NCBI GenBank assembly: GCA_010909165.1
Contig: MU008201.1
Span: 1 to 64,000 of the forward strand
Reading direction: 5' to 3'
Origin: Anthoceros angustus
Lineage: Eukaryota > Plantae > Anthocerotophyta
DNA length: 64,000 nt
Shown: positions 1 through 13,769 of the stretch, one piece after another
How the letters are laid out: each line of letters opens with the position of its first letter
Position numbering within the stretch: position 1 is the stretch's first letter
Position numbers and translations under genes: made by a program
The notes under the pieces: model-generated
What the model saw: the letters and a program-made list of their open reading frames with translations, nothing else
What the model was told of the DNA's origin: nothing
Database searches by the model: none

Positions 1-1139
1 GCATGTCTTGGAAAATGTGCTGCCCTGGGTGCGTACTTTGTCCGGATGCTCATTTTAGCTTTGGGAGTGGCGCCGTGGAGATCGACAGCGGAATTCTGGT
101 CTTTCACAGCGATGCGTTAAAAGTTTGACAAGGATCCGACACTTGTTCAAGCAGGGATTGATGGACATCGGATCCGAACTGGCCAGCCTGGCGCTCTCGA
201 TCCGCAGCCTCGCCTCCTCACAGCCGCCCCATGGACGGGAGTCCTCGGACATCTCCGAAACATGCCAGATGGAGATCCGATCAGAGGGAATCATGTATCA
301 CCCACCACCTGTTCGCTGCTGGATGACTGCTGCTGCAGCAGGCGGACGCAGCCTTCAAGAGGCCCATTCGTGGCATGCTGGAACCATGCATGCCACGCAT
401 GTCTTCTACAAGTAAGAACATGAACAGCATCAGAGTTGCAAATCGATATACTTGTACTTCTGCATCATTTCTTGGCCTCACATGTCAGTTCTCCTCCTCC
501 AGTAGAAACACGAGGGCTCAATCCTGTCTCAGCACTGCAGCAAGCAGCCCATCCACTCGCCCACAAGATACCGAGGGCTGGATATGTTCGTAAGTTTTTT
601 ATAGAATTCTCCTTTTTCACGCCTCAAGGCGGGTCTGGCTCCTGCAAAATCATCTCAAGCCATGTTCTCCTGTCCATTGAATATTCTGGTGCAGGCGGAA
701 GAACTGGGGTCGTCTTTGTTTCACGAAAAGAAAATCGTTTGTCTCTGCGGCTTCCGCGATGGTGCGATGACAGTGCCAATCAAGCCAGCGCGCTGTGAGC
801 GGGCGAAGGATTCTACGGGCCAGAGCTCCTGGCAAAGGCAGCGCTCTGGGTGGGTGAAGGAACCCACTCCTCTTCTGGTGGCGGAGGACAAGGTGAGCCA
901 CCTACCATTCTCATGCTTCTATTTTTAGGCATGCTTGAGACAGCTGGAATCAAGTGTAGAGCAGCGCGCTCAGCAGGAGGGGCCCGTGGAACTGGCCCAC
1001 CTCCCGCCAGTTTAATGCACCTCGCTCTTGGAGCAAGCGCATAAATCCCCCACCTCTCACACTTGGTATCAGAGCTCGCCTTGCCTAGTGTTTGTGGGCG
1101 ATTCGACGGGCCCTCCCCTGCAGCCCACCACGCCAGAAG

Positions 1140-2655
1140 ATGGCCGTGATCCTCTCCTCGCGGTGGCCTTCCTGGCCCTCATCGCGGCTTTGAATGTCGA
1201 TGGTGAGCATGAGTGTCTGAGCGAGTCGAACGTGCTTGTCCCCGGGGTGCTTCCAATGTCGCTAAGCTGGTCGTGGCAGTCGCTCTCGAGCGGCCTTGTT
1301 CCTGGATATATGCTTGCTGGAATGCGACGTGACTCTGGGGGGTTTGTGCTTGCATTGCAGCTCAAAGGGAAGGCAAGACTGGCTACAAGTACGGGCCTGG
1401 GCACGGGCATCCGAAGCCAGGGCACGGGCATCCGAAGCCAGGGCACGGCTACCCGAAGCCAGGGGACCCGAAGCCGTGCAATCGCTGGCACCCGGGATAT
1501 GTGAAGGACGACCCGGTGTTCGTGGGCAACGACGGGCAGCAGTTCTACTTCCACGGCCGCAAGGACGCCGACTTCTGCATCGTCGCTGACTCAATCTCCA
1601 CGTGAATGCGCACTTCATCGGGCGCCGGGCGGACCACATGTCCCGTGATTTCACCTGGGCAGTCTCTCAGGATCCTCTTCGGCGACCACCAGTTGTACGT
1701 GGTGCCAAGAAGGTGAGAGCTCCATTGTCTCCTTCTTCCGTTGTTTCCTTCTTCCGCTTCCTTGTCTGTGTGTACATTTCCCATTTGCTTCCCTGTTCCT
1801 TGTTTCCTTGTACATTTTCGATTGTGTCCTTCCCTCGCTTTCTTGTTTGTTTGTACATTTTCCATCGTTTGCTTCTACCCTTCCTTGATTCTGTCTACAT
1901 TTTGCTTTGTCCTTCTTGCGCTTGCTGGTTTCTTTCTACATTTTGCATGTGTCCTTCTTGCGTTTCCTCGCCTGCTGCCTCCGTTTTGCATTGTTTCCCT
2001 CTTCCGATTCCCTGTCTCCGTGTACATTCTTTCTTCCGCTTAATTGTTTGTGTACATCTGCACGTATTCGTTGCCCGACTCAGAAACGTCTGACGAATTG
2101 CGACCGGCTCTGCAGGTGGCGACCTTCGATGAGTCTGTGGACTACCTGGTGATGGCCTTCGACTCCAGCCCGTCGTCCTGGCCACCGCCCAGGATGCCGT
2201 CTGGACGGCGCCCTACGCCAGGTGAAGATCACCAGAACCGAGGACCGCAACGCCGTGCACGTGGAGGTCGAGAACCAGTTCTCCTCACGGTGGTCGTGGT
2301 GCCAGTGACGGAGGAGAAGATAACATCAAACACCAGTACGGCATCACGGCCGACAACTGCTTCGCTCACCTGGAGGCGAACTTCCAGTTCAAGGCGCTCC
2401 ACGCCGACCGTGGCCCAGCGTGTTGGGGCAGACCTATGCTCCCGGCTTCAGGCATCAGGAGAAAAGCCCGGCCAGAAGTCGCTCGTCATGGGCGGAGAGA
2501 AGGACTACGTCTCGTCATCTCTCATGGCGGCCGACTGCAAGGTTTCTGCATTCCAGGGCCAGGCACCAACGAGGTTCTGTTTGATTTCCTCAGACCACCT
2601 GCTCTGGCGGGTCTGGGCTCGTGTGCCGTCGCTGAGCTTCGAACTCCGGTCATAA
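1140..2655 (+). CDS. Root-cap / LEA-related secreted protein (Root_cap family) with N-terminal His/Pro/Lys repeats; several apparent single-base frameshifts
   Basis: Signal peptide (MA-RDPLLAVAFLALIAALNVD), introns at ~1203-1360 and ~1713-2116. Exons read GYKYGPGHGHPKPGHGHPKPGHGYPKP...DDPVFVGNDGQQFYFHGRKDADFCIVADS-LHVNAHFIGRRADHMSRDFTW, then VATFDESVDYL...VVPVTEE...HQYGITADNCFAHLEANFQF...LGQTYAPGF...VMGGEKDYVSSSLMAADCKVSAF, the typical root-cap family motifs. The 3' end is approximate. Confidence 0.85.
1720..2070. repeat. Degenerate pyrimidine-rich tandem repeat inside the root-cap gene intron
   Basis: The core (G/C)TACATT(T/C) recurs about 7 times at ~35-80 bp spacing within a CT-rich tract. 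Confidence 0.55.
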
Positions 2656-2931
2656 ATTTCTGGAGGTTGCTTTCGCTCGAAGTGGAGTGCTTGTGATCTC
2701 TGAGGAAGGGCATTTTCAAGATATGTATACAGGCAGGTAATTGCATCTATCGATGCGCAGTCTTGAAGTATCCGTTCATCCTAAGGTGTGTGGTCTTTCC
2801 GCACCAAGGCCCTGCTAGGAGCTGCATAGACATATGTATTGATCTTGCTAAGGAATTTTGTACTCTACTAATTAGAATGGGAGGTATAGGCTTAACCTAC
2901 ACGCCCACAGAATAAGCTCGTACCATAGGGC

Positions 2932-3378
2932 GGGCGTAGCTTTCATGCTTCGACTGCTCTCGAGGATGAGAGATTCTTTATCATATGCCCAGACTACGAA
3001 GGTGAAAGTCCTTGTAGTCTTTTTCCAGTAGAAGGTCGTGAGAAAGAATCCCCGGTCTGTACACGCTCTGTGAAGAATGTGAAAATGAAACGAAATTTAG
3101 TACACAGTTGCCCTGAAGCGCAGAAGCAAGTGCAGGCGCACATCCGTGGTGAGACGTGGGCGTAGCTTCCATGCTTCGACTGCTTTCGAGGACGACATCC
3201 ATATCATATTCCCAGACCACGAAGGTGAAATTCCCTTCAGTCTTTTTCCAATAAATGGTCGCGAGAAAGAACTCTTATCTGTACACGCTCTGTGAAGAAC
3301 GTGAAAATGGATGGGACTTTAGCACACAGCTATGCTGAAGAACAGGAGCAAGTGCAGGCGCACATCCGTGATGAGACG
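2932..3378. repeat. Diverged ~226-bp tandem duplication
   Basis: Units start at 2932 and 3158 (GGGCGTAGCT..CATGCTTCGACTGC) and both end GCAAGTGCAGGCGCACATCCGTG.TGAGACG. Confidence 0.85.
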
Positions 3379-4910
3379 CGTGTAATCGCCAAAGCCATGA
3401 CATGCTGATCTCGAATGGGTCACGGAGATAATTGGTACATGTCCTGCTTTTCCTTTTATACTCCCAAGCAACGATCGTGGCCAGTATCCTGCCACTAACC
3501 TGAACTCTTTGCAGGAAAAGCATCCTGCCACGCTTCTCATATTCCTTTCCGAGGTGTTACCCAAAACCAAAACCACTCTCTCATGGGTCGGTCACCTGCA
3601 ACACTGGGCTACAGCCCTCAACCACCTTTCACTTTCTCTCAAGTGTCAGGCACATGCCTCCATTACACCACATCTGGCGGTATCTGGGTGTGCAGCATTT
3701 CTCAAAGAATTTGAGTACAAGTGTGGACCCGAATTGAAGGTAAAGGACACTTGTCATCGAAAGTGCATTGATGAGGTCATGTGGCAACCATCCTCGCATC
3801 GTTGACGGTATCACAGCGGTCCCCAGCCGATTACACTCTGTCTCGACCATCAGGCCATCACCCGGGCGTCCATCTTGTATGTCCGTACATCTGGTCTCTT
3901 TCCATGTGCAGGACAGCCCAAGCAGAGGAACGCCTGACTATCCATCCGCTTTTCACTGTGCAGACTTGTTGAACAAGCTTCGTTGCTCTGAGCGGCCTGT
4001 GCCTCATGCTTGTTGTCCTGACCGCAGGCTGATCCCTGAAGCACATCTGCATGACCATCACAGCATGACATCCTGTCCGTATTGCCATAGCACTTTCCAA
4101 ATTTATTTTATTCATATTTACAGAAGTAGAAAACTTTTAGTTAAATCAAGGCGACACATACACTTCATATGCAAAAATAGAAAACTCCACCTACCCCAAT
4201 AAAAAGGGAACAACCCAACAAAGGCAGCATGCCAAGGGGACTAAGGCTGTGGTTGTTCATTTCAAACTACCTACAATCCAGAAATTTCTTAGTTAGGGAT
4301 AGAAAAGACCTACCTACCATATATGCCATATGCCAAAGAAGTTGCATCCAAGTGCTAGCCGCCGTCTTGCACACCGAGTTTGGCATTGCCCATGCAGGAT
4401 GGACACATTGTTTAAGAGAATCACAATATGAGGAAGACCAAACCCATTCTTGTAGTTGTAGTACATCTTGGGATGAAGGAGTGGACACATTGCTTAAAAA
4501 TTCACAATATAGAAGTATAGAAGAGGAAGACCAAACCCATTCTTGCAGTTGTAGTGTTGTAGTACATCTAGGGATGAAAGAGTGGCCGTTATGCAGAGGA
4601 GAATACTTTATATACCTTCACAAGCGAACCTTCAGCCCATACTCGCAGACGCGGTTCTAGGTAGGATATATTGCAACTACACTGTCCACTTAAATCAATT
4701 GAGGACGTTTCCGGACAAGGTACCTAGGTATATATGTTCAGACAGGTATGCAGAATTTCGCAATTTCGCTTTGCTACTTGACACTTGCGCGTGTTAGACT
4801 GTTACTCGATTTCCACACGGGAATCCTTTGCGCAATAAGCGGGTGGGGCGAAGCGCGCATCGCCGTACCCTGCCTCTGCGTCTCTGTCCGTTTGTGGCGT
4901 CCGGAATGGC

Positions 4911-5616
4911 ATGGCAGGGCCAGCAGGTCGGGATGCCAAGAGCAGGGCGAATTTGATCTCGCAGGATGGCCGGCCCAAGGCTGTGGAAACGAGCCACACC
5001 TCTGAGCTTGACAACATGGGTGTCGTCAACCTTCAGCGGCAGACGATGAAAGGTATGCCTTGCCTTGCTGCGCGACAGCTCCGTTGCTGTTGCCTTGTTC
5101 CGCTCAGTTGCGTAGCCCGTTTGTGAGCGATGCTGCAGAGCAGGATCTTGATTTAGCCGCTCTCGAGGCAGCAGTTTTGAGCACGAAGCACATTGCGTTG
5201 ACTGTGAACGAGGAACTGGACCTTCACACGCGGCTGCTGGTAGGTTTTCAGAAGGACCTGGTTTGGGGATTTTGCTTGTTTTCAACGTCAAGGTCCTATT
5301 TGCTGTCCACCTTGTAAATGGTGTTCTGGTTTGGTGTTGCAGGATGATATTGATCAGGATACGACTGCCACGAATAATCGTTTGCAGGTGAGTGAGTGAA
5401 TGAGTGGTGTGCGTGTCACTGTGGGATGAATGTACTTGCCTGAGTTATGGCAGATCTCATTCTTTGTGCTTTGAATTTTTCCTTCTGCAGATGGTACAGA
5501 AGAAACTCGGCTTGGTGAAGGAACGAGCTGGCAAGAGTTGCTCTGCAATGTACATGTGCCTGCTGGTTGTAGTGGTCGTGTTTCTAGTGTTGTTGGCCTT
5601 CAAGCTTTTGCTGTGA
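4911..5616 (+). CDS. SYP5: Qc-SNARE of the SYP5 (SYP51/52) type, apparently lacking the N-terminal Habc domain
   Basis: Exons 4911-5052, 5139-5239, 5343-5387 and 5491-5616 with GT-AG introns give GVVNLQRQTMKEQDLDLAALEAAVLSTKHIALTVNEELDLHTRLLDDIDQDTTATNNRLQMVQKKL plus a C-terminal transmembrane segment. Confidence 0.85.
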
Positions 5617-5792
5617 CTCAGCTGTGAGCTGTGCAGCATTTAGAGATCATTTGCTGGCAACTCTGCAGCTCCCTGTACAGTACCACCGCATTACATTGGG
5701 ACACATTACATTATTTGATGATCCCGTGTTTGCTGGCTGCAATTATCGTGCTTTGCTTTTCTTCTTCTTGGCCCTAAAGCTTTTGATATGAC

Positions 5793-6780
5793 TCAGCTGT
5801 TAGCGGATCCATTGACTGAGCCATTTACGGCTTTGCATTTCTGCAACTCCAAAGCCACCTGTGTACAGATGAACGCAAACACACTCACATCAGACACATC
5901 TTACACCAGTGCTGACAAGAGTCCAAATGTAGCCATACCTTGATGTAAGCTGGATGTGTTCCTATTGCAGCCATGACCTGTGGACGGTACGAACCAGAAT
6001 CAGGCAACGGTATGAAAGACAAATGAGGACATGAGCAAAGTCGAGTTCTGCAAGGAAGACGAAGGAAAGGGAGGGGAACACACCGTCTCAAACCGTTCGC
6101 CTCGTACGTTCAGTCTGACAATCTGCATACCTTGCGGACTTGTACACCCTGATAGCTTTCTGCATCGTTATAAACCACTGCACTTGTGGCAATCAGCTGA
6201 TCACCCACATCCACAAGACCAGACTTGGCAGCATTGCCGTCATCCACCAGGCCCGCAACAAAAATGTTTCCTGCCTTATCCTCTTCCAGAACAATACCTG
6301 CTACACCCAAAAACACAGGCATGGGATATGGGAAATGCTCCTCCTCGCCACTTGTGCACCATTTTAGCATAACCACAAGCAACAGCTACCTAGAGGCTTG
6401 CTAAGCTCCAGTTTTATCCGACTGCATCCTGGAGGCGGCAAATCAAGCCCTTCTGAGATGCTTCCTGGTGCTCGGTCGGAATCCGCAACAGCCTTGACAA
6501 TGCAGGGCCGTTGCAGCCTTAGCAGAGGTGATAGGTGCCCACGGAATTGCCTTCCAACGCCTGCCAGAGAGGAGAACAGCTGTAATCCCAGGTGACTGCA
6601 CAGAGTAGCATGTGATTCGTGAGCACATTTCGTACCAGCTGCAGGCAAATGCGACAAGGACATACCTAATGGAGATGAGAGACTGCAGACCTGCAATCTG
6701 GAAGAAGCCACAGGCGGCGATCCCTTGAAGTAGGGCAGTGCAACCAGGGATTGAGCTGCCATTGCAATAGCCACGGCCAT
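5793..6780 (-). CDS. Plastid-targeted single-PDZ-domain protein
   Basis: Transit-peptide-like N-terminus (MAVAIAMAAQS). Spliced exons give LELSKPLGIVLEEDKAGNIFVAGLVDDGNAAKSGLVDVGDQLIATSAVVY...VRK-GMQIVRLNVRGERFETVMAAIGTHPAYIKVALELQKC. One missing G at ~6131 (AAGGTATG for AAGGGTATG). Confidence 0.8.
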
Positions 6781-7989
6781 CGGTATCTTCACTTGCCGGA
6801 GAGTTGCAGACAACTGAACTCCGGAGATTCCGACGAAACTCGTCGCCAGTGGAGAGAACCGAAATCCCCAAGCACAACGAAATGGCGAGGATCCTACAAC
6901 AGCTCCTACAACCATGAATCAGGGCAAGGCTATGCAAACGCCGCGTGGCAGTGCACGGATAAGTTGCCCGACGCCTTTGTTGCGCTGTTCATTTCCGTCC
7001 CATGACGGAAATTCCGTGCACGTGGACTAAAATCGAATTCTTACCAAGGATGTGAAGTAGACAAAGACATATTTTCTATAATATTAATTCATAGTGAATT
7101 CAGGGACATGGATCGTTGGTTCTTTTGTATAGTTTTTCTATTCTTTAATAATAAATCTGATAGCAAGTTTGATTAAAGTAGCTCCAAAAGATTTTTACTA
7201 CGCATGGTCCGTAGGACTTTTTAAAACAGGAAATAGGTAATAACCCCATCCCAACAGTGACTCCAGGATGCTTGAACGTGGAGTTTTACTGAAAACATTC
7301 TTAAGTTTGTTCATTGCATTGATGAGGGGCTGATGTAATGACAAGAGTTAATAACTTTCCTGGTTTGTTCATGGTACTGATGAGGGTGATGTTAATGATT
7401 TGTTAAAAGCAATTTATATGATATAGCTTTCCGATAGCACCATAATCGGTTGATAATATCGGTTGAAACTATTCTTTATGATATAGCTTTTCGATGGCAC
7501 CATTATCAATTGTCTAAAATTTGAAATCATCTTGTTGTAAAATTTGAAATCAATTTGTTGTCGAAGATCATACCGCCTTTTAAACCTAGTTTTGCTAGAG
7601 AGGGAGGAATGTTTGATATCCGAACACATTAATGAATATATGAATTTAAGAAATATCATGTAATAATTCTAAACATTATAATGTATGAATCTAAGAAATA
7701 TTATATAGTAATCCAAATTTTTAAACATAAATTTTGGATTGACTTACTAACCGTTTTTGACTTTGGACAACATGCACTTGCTCACTCATCTCCGAGAGGG
7801 GCTAACTGACACGGCTAATGGGTTGTGGTTGATGAACATTTATTGATGCTCTAACTGCTCTAGCATTTTACACAACTGAGTTGTAAGTAGTCTTCACTCC
7901 GAGTGGGCTCCTCAAATTGTGTGTTGTCTCGAGTTGTGAGCGCAGGATTTGTTACTTGCTGGAGTCGGACTCCTTTGCCATGTAACAGA

Positions 7990-9886
7990 AAGGGCTTTGT
8001 CTTCGTGACCAATAAAAAGGAAGTACGTCTACATTGCGAACTGACTTCGAGGCAGGAAGCTTTTTATCATACTATCAAGAACAAGGTGGCAGTATCTCAT
8101 CTGCTGGAGGGGAGGATTAACAACTTGAGGATGAAAAACCTCATGGATCTTGTGGTGGAGCTGCGGAAGGTATCTCCTTGTCTTCTCTGTTTCATTTTTG
8201 CCACTTGTGCACTGAGAATACATATTTTCTTCATTCCTTTCCACTGGATCTGTTGCCACCTTAAACTTGCCCGTGTGCAATCATCTCGACCTCTGTATGA
8301 CCCCATAATGTTTCAGGTGTGCAACCATCATGAGCGTCTCGTTTCCAACGAGGGAGTAGCTTTCTCCATTTTACATATTTTGAACACTTGCAGCTCCAGC
8401 CTGCACCATTTAGAGAGCTTGATGACATCCATTGTGCAGGAGGTCGTAACCTCTATTGTTCCAGGTATTGTACACCTTGCTCATGTGCCTGGAGTGGATC
8501 GTTATCAAGATTGGATGGTTCTCCATCTCATGGTTCTTCATGTTGGCTTAAAGGGACTTTTGTGTGGTTATGATCCTTGCAGGTTCCAAGGCTAGTGTAC
8601 AGGGATGGCATGACCTGACCTGCCTGCGAACTTGAGCTCTGGCTCTGTGCAGGGCTCTTAAAAAGTGGCTTGCAAATATGCTCAGTGTTTTGCACCAGAA
8701 AATATTCACCGCTCAATTTTCTCTGAGGGCGATGTAGGCCATTCCATCAGTGGGGCTTTTGGGGTTTCTCGGCTGATGCTTCTCTAATTGTTATAGAGTT
8801 GGACAATATTGTCATACGACAGGAATGGTTAGATGACCATACGTTGAAGGCCCAAGATGTAGATACCAAAAGCAAGAGCTGTGCAGAGGTTACTACTGCT
8901 GCCTTCTCGAACAGGTTGGATAGGACTTCAAACGAAGGTTTTCACAGGCTATAAGTCTGAGCCTTTGAATTCCTTGTTGTATCGCACCAGGATAGGCAGC
9001 TGAAAATATCAGCCTGTTGAGGTCGGTGTGAACATATATGTCACCACGGCTCCTCAGGAGGTATGCCATCTGTATCTTCAATTCTTTTCTAGTTTGCTTT
9101 GCTGGACAAGCATGTGTGCCTGATGGCTGTTCCTGCATCTGACACAGAACGAGGAGAATATGTTGTTCTCCTATTTGTTGCAAGGATTCCTTTCCTGTTG
9201 TTGTGTCAGATCGATACCTCTTGCTCAGACCACTGCTTCACCAATGGAAAAAAAGTAGAAATGCATGGGTCAAGCGTTTGTTGGTGGGTGTTCGTGGTAT
9301 CCGAGACACAGGCTTGGGATCAAGACCACCTAGAGGCCCTGGGTTCATTGAAGAGCGTGGAGTAAAGTGATGGAGAGACTGGAATAACCATTGCTTGCTT
9401 TGCCATATTCGGTATTCGGCTCGTCTCCTCCTGTACAGAATTTTGACTTTGCAAAGATATGCTATCGGTGAGCAGTCGTATCAGCTCCCAAGGATTGTGG
9501 CTCTGCAAAAATTGTGTGTGACCAGTCTGGCCCTTTCTATTACATCGGCAAACTAGGAGAAACTTTGACATTGCTGACTGCCGGTGCTGGACTCTGGAAA
9601 ACTCAGTGCCTGGATGGCCTTTTGAAACGGTTTCGTGCTGAAAACCACAGGGTCCTTTTGTTTGCCCATATGACAAAGATGCTTGACCGCCTGGAGGTGA
9701 GATGCCCACGCAGTGTTCATATCTGTTCCAAGCATCTGGTGTGCTTTCGGGGGTTCTGTAGTCATGGTGATATGCCTTGAATGGAACGAGGACTATGTGA
9801 TCTTTAGGAAGTATAAGTTTCTGCGATTGGATGCTGCGTCAGGCATTATGGATCGTCGAGACATGGTGAAAGATTTCCAAGCTTGA
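7990..9886 (+). pseudogene. INO80: Decayed, truncated INO80 chromatin-remodelling ATPase (C-terminal half of the SNF2 helicase)
   Basis: HCELTSRQEAFYHTIKNKV...LMDLVVELRK|VCNHHE, IDTSCSDHCF, LDGLLKRFRAENHRVLLFAHMTKMLDRLE|DYVIFRKYKFLRLDAASGIMDRRDMVKDFQA*. Many substitutions and stops; both ends are missing. Confidence 0.8.
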
Positions 9887-10030
9887 TGGAGCTTCCTGAG
9901 TTGGATTCTGCCGATGCTTATCGGCTGTTGTCATGCGGCGAGGTTGCGGGTTGAGGACGCTCTGCTGGCAGGGTACCATGGCAGGGTTGATGGAACTAAG
10001 CTGGTACCAAACTGGAAGGGCCATGGTAGG

Positions 10031-11484
<1,454 letters not shown>

Positions 11485-11807
11485 TCTGGTGCCTCGCTCC
11501 GCCATTCTGGAGCCTCGCTATTCGGCACAGGCTTAGGGCCCTTGTATCATCTCTGATGGCCGTTCCAGTGTTGTGGTTGTAACTCAACCCGCTTGTTTCT
11601 GCTCCCACAGGATAAGCATGGAGGAGAAAAAGGGATGGACCGTTGGCAGCCACTACCCACACACAGACACAGGGTTCCGAGCTTTGTCAGAAGTGTTGAG
11701 GAATTCGTGCGTGCTGAAGATTGAGGAATGGATGTCAATTGCAGGAATCAGGGGTGAATTGGTGTAGCCCGGTGCAGGTTGGTCGAGATGGGGAGGGCAG
11801 CTTGGCC

Positions 11808-11901
11808 TGTGAGGGGCCGTGAGGGGCAACTTGCGTGTGGCCGTGAGGGGCAACTTGTAAGCCCCAACCTCTCACGGCCACAAACTTGCAAGCCCCAACC
11901 T
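11808..11901. repeat. Small direct-plus-inverted repeat cluster (MITE-like or hairpin)
   Basis: GTGGCCGTGAG (11837) pairs with CTCACGGCCAC (11871-11881). GGCCGTGAGGGGCAACTTG occurs twice and AACTTG(T/C)AAGCCCCAACCT occurs twice. Confidence 0.6.
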
Positions 11902-12102
11902 GACTTGTGAGTTGGAGGTTGCTGGCCGCTGGGCAGCCCGGATGCTAAGAATGGAACACCAAAGCGGATAGAGGGATGGGCACTATTTGTTTCGCAACTT
12001 CATGGTACGATATGGGCATCTACATAATATATGGGCGCACCTTGTATGGATGTCCTACATAAGTTTAGGTGTTCTTTGGCATCCTCACCAATGGCCCATG
12101 TA

Positions 12103-13060
12103 GAAGAAGAAGAATTTTATTGAAGTCCACTAAGGACGGATTTCCATTATGGGACTGAAATATGATAACTATATAGATTATGGTAAAATAGTTTAGATGA
12201 ATGTAAAGGTAAAATTAAATAAGATAAATAATCTTCAATCAATCAAAGTGTCAATGAAATTGCGTGAGCGAGGCCAAACACCACCAATTCATCCCCCCAC
12301 GAAGAAGCCACTTGACACCGGACGAGCGGGTAACTTCTCGCTATTAGTCTTCCATCGCAATGATGTAAGATCCTCATTGATATATAAGTTTGTCCGTAAC
12401 ATAGACCTAGCCTTCATAACTGGTAATCATCCATAGAGTGAAAAGTCATAATCAATATCGCTCCTTCCAAGCCGGAAGGCTCGAGGCGACCACATCGACC
12501 TCTAGCCTATTGACTCCTTTCAGCCTGTTGAGAAACTCCTTTGCAACCACAAATGTTGCAACAATGTCATTACCAAGACCATAAATTCTCAAGTTCAAAG
12601 CACGCGAGCACGGTCGACTATCTAGGAAACAACTTCCGATCTGTGTTGCCACCGGGACAAGAAGGAGCAAGGGATCATTAATTCCATGAGGGTTTTACCG
12701 ATAAGCTTCTCCAAATATGTAGGTAAAACTTGTTTCGTTGAAGTGAAATAATGTTCCAAATTTATGGCTTTCTCCTCTATGGTCTAGTGAAAAACTTCAT
12801 TTAATAACCCTCCACCAACCTTTGAGAGTCTTCCAACTTGATCATCCAAACCCTACAACTTTTGGCCATATAAGCATTTCTTCCCTCATGCATGAATAAG
12901 CTTGAGAATAACCTTCTTGTAGCCTTCCAAACTAGGTGCGGATCGCCTTGATAGTAACCCACAAGCGAATTTGCGAGGCATTGACTTGCAAAGCAATGAA
13001 TCAAACTTGACCTAGAAAAGCGCCTCAAAATCTTTTGGCCCATGAGCTTGCCGATTCAAG
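12103..13060 (-). mobile_element. Degenerate non-LTR (LINE-like) remnant: (TTC)n tail plus ORF1-like relic
   Basis: The tail at 12103-12160 matches the repeat at 13.5 kb and 37.9 kb. The minus strand upstream holds a stop-riddled frame with LRTNLYINEDLT, a motif typical of LINE ORF1. Confidence 0.4.
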
Positions 13061-13529
13061 ATCCTGTTGCAATTTTCTAATGATAACATCCTGACTATTA
13101 AATATCTTATCTATAAGATAATCCATTACGAATTGAACTCATCCCCTCCTCCTGGCCCTCCTCACGCTCTCTCGTCCTCCAGTCCCATGCCAAAGATTGG
13201 TGCTTAGCCAAGAAAGACTCATATTTTTCCCTTAAGGAAATATTTGAGAAGTGTGCTGATTTCGGACCGGGCATTAGTACAAGATAACTGTAGCTGTGAA
13301 AATGCGCTTAAGTGTGAAAATTTCCCTGAGCGGGAATGCGAGGCTTCTTGCTCGAGGCCTCGATGGGCTCAAGCACGGAGGCCTTGTTGAAGGTCGAGGC
13401 TGTCGTCGAATCCGAGTCGTGGATCAAGGATGAAGTGAAGGTCCATGTCAATGGGCAAGTTGGGTTGGTCTATCCCTACAGTCCAATTCAAGCTTGATGG
13501 AGCTTCCTAAGTTGTATTTGGGGGACTTA

Positions 13530-13730
13530 TTATACCATGATAAGAATTTTATTTAAGTCCACTAAGACGGATTTCCGTCATGGGACTTGGTACTTAACAA
13601 CTTGTACCATAGTGACCCTAAGCTACTTGCACCAAGGGCAGACACTCCTTCAGGCACCCCATCTAAGTACCGATCTAAGCGACAGTATGCTTAATCACGA
13701 CGTTCTTATAAATGTATGTCCATTTGGATA
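13530..13730 (-). mobile_element. ~200-bp SINE or LINE 3' fragment, copy 1
   Basis: Close match to 37905-38100: GAATTTTATTTAAGTCCA.TAAG.ACGGATTTCCGTCAT.GGACTTGGTACTTAACAACTTGTACCAT...GGCACCCCATCTAAGTAC.GATCTAAGC. Confidence 0.75.
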
Positions 13731-13769
13731 GGGTACCATGGAAGGGGTTACTATGGAACTAAGTTGGTA

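Noticed and set aside
620-895. Possible exon (acceptor ~627, donor ~893) reading IEYSGAGGRTGVVFVSR...GFYGPELLAKAALWVGEG
   Set aside because: Contains an in-frame stop, has no recognisable family and has no linked exons that I can establish.
4229-4660. 143-aa ORF with a duplicated EEDQTHSCSCS segment
   Set aside because: Explained by a short local DNA duplication; no domain similarity or splice context.
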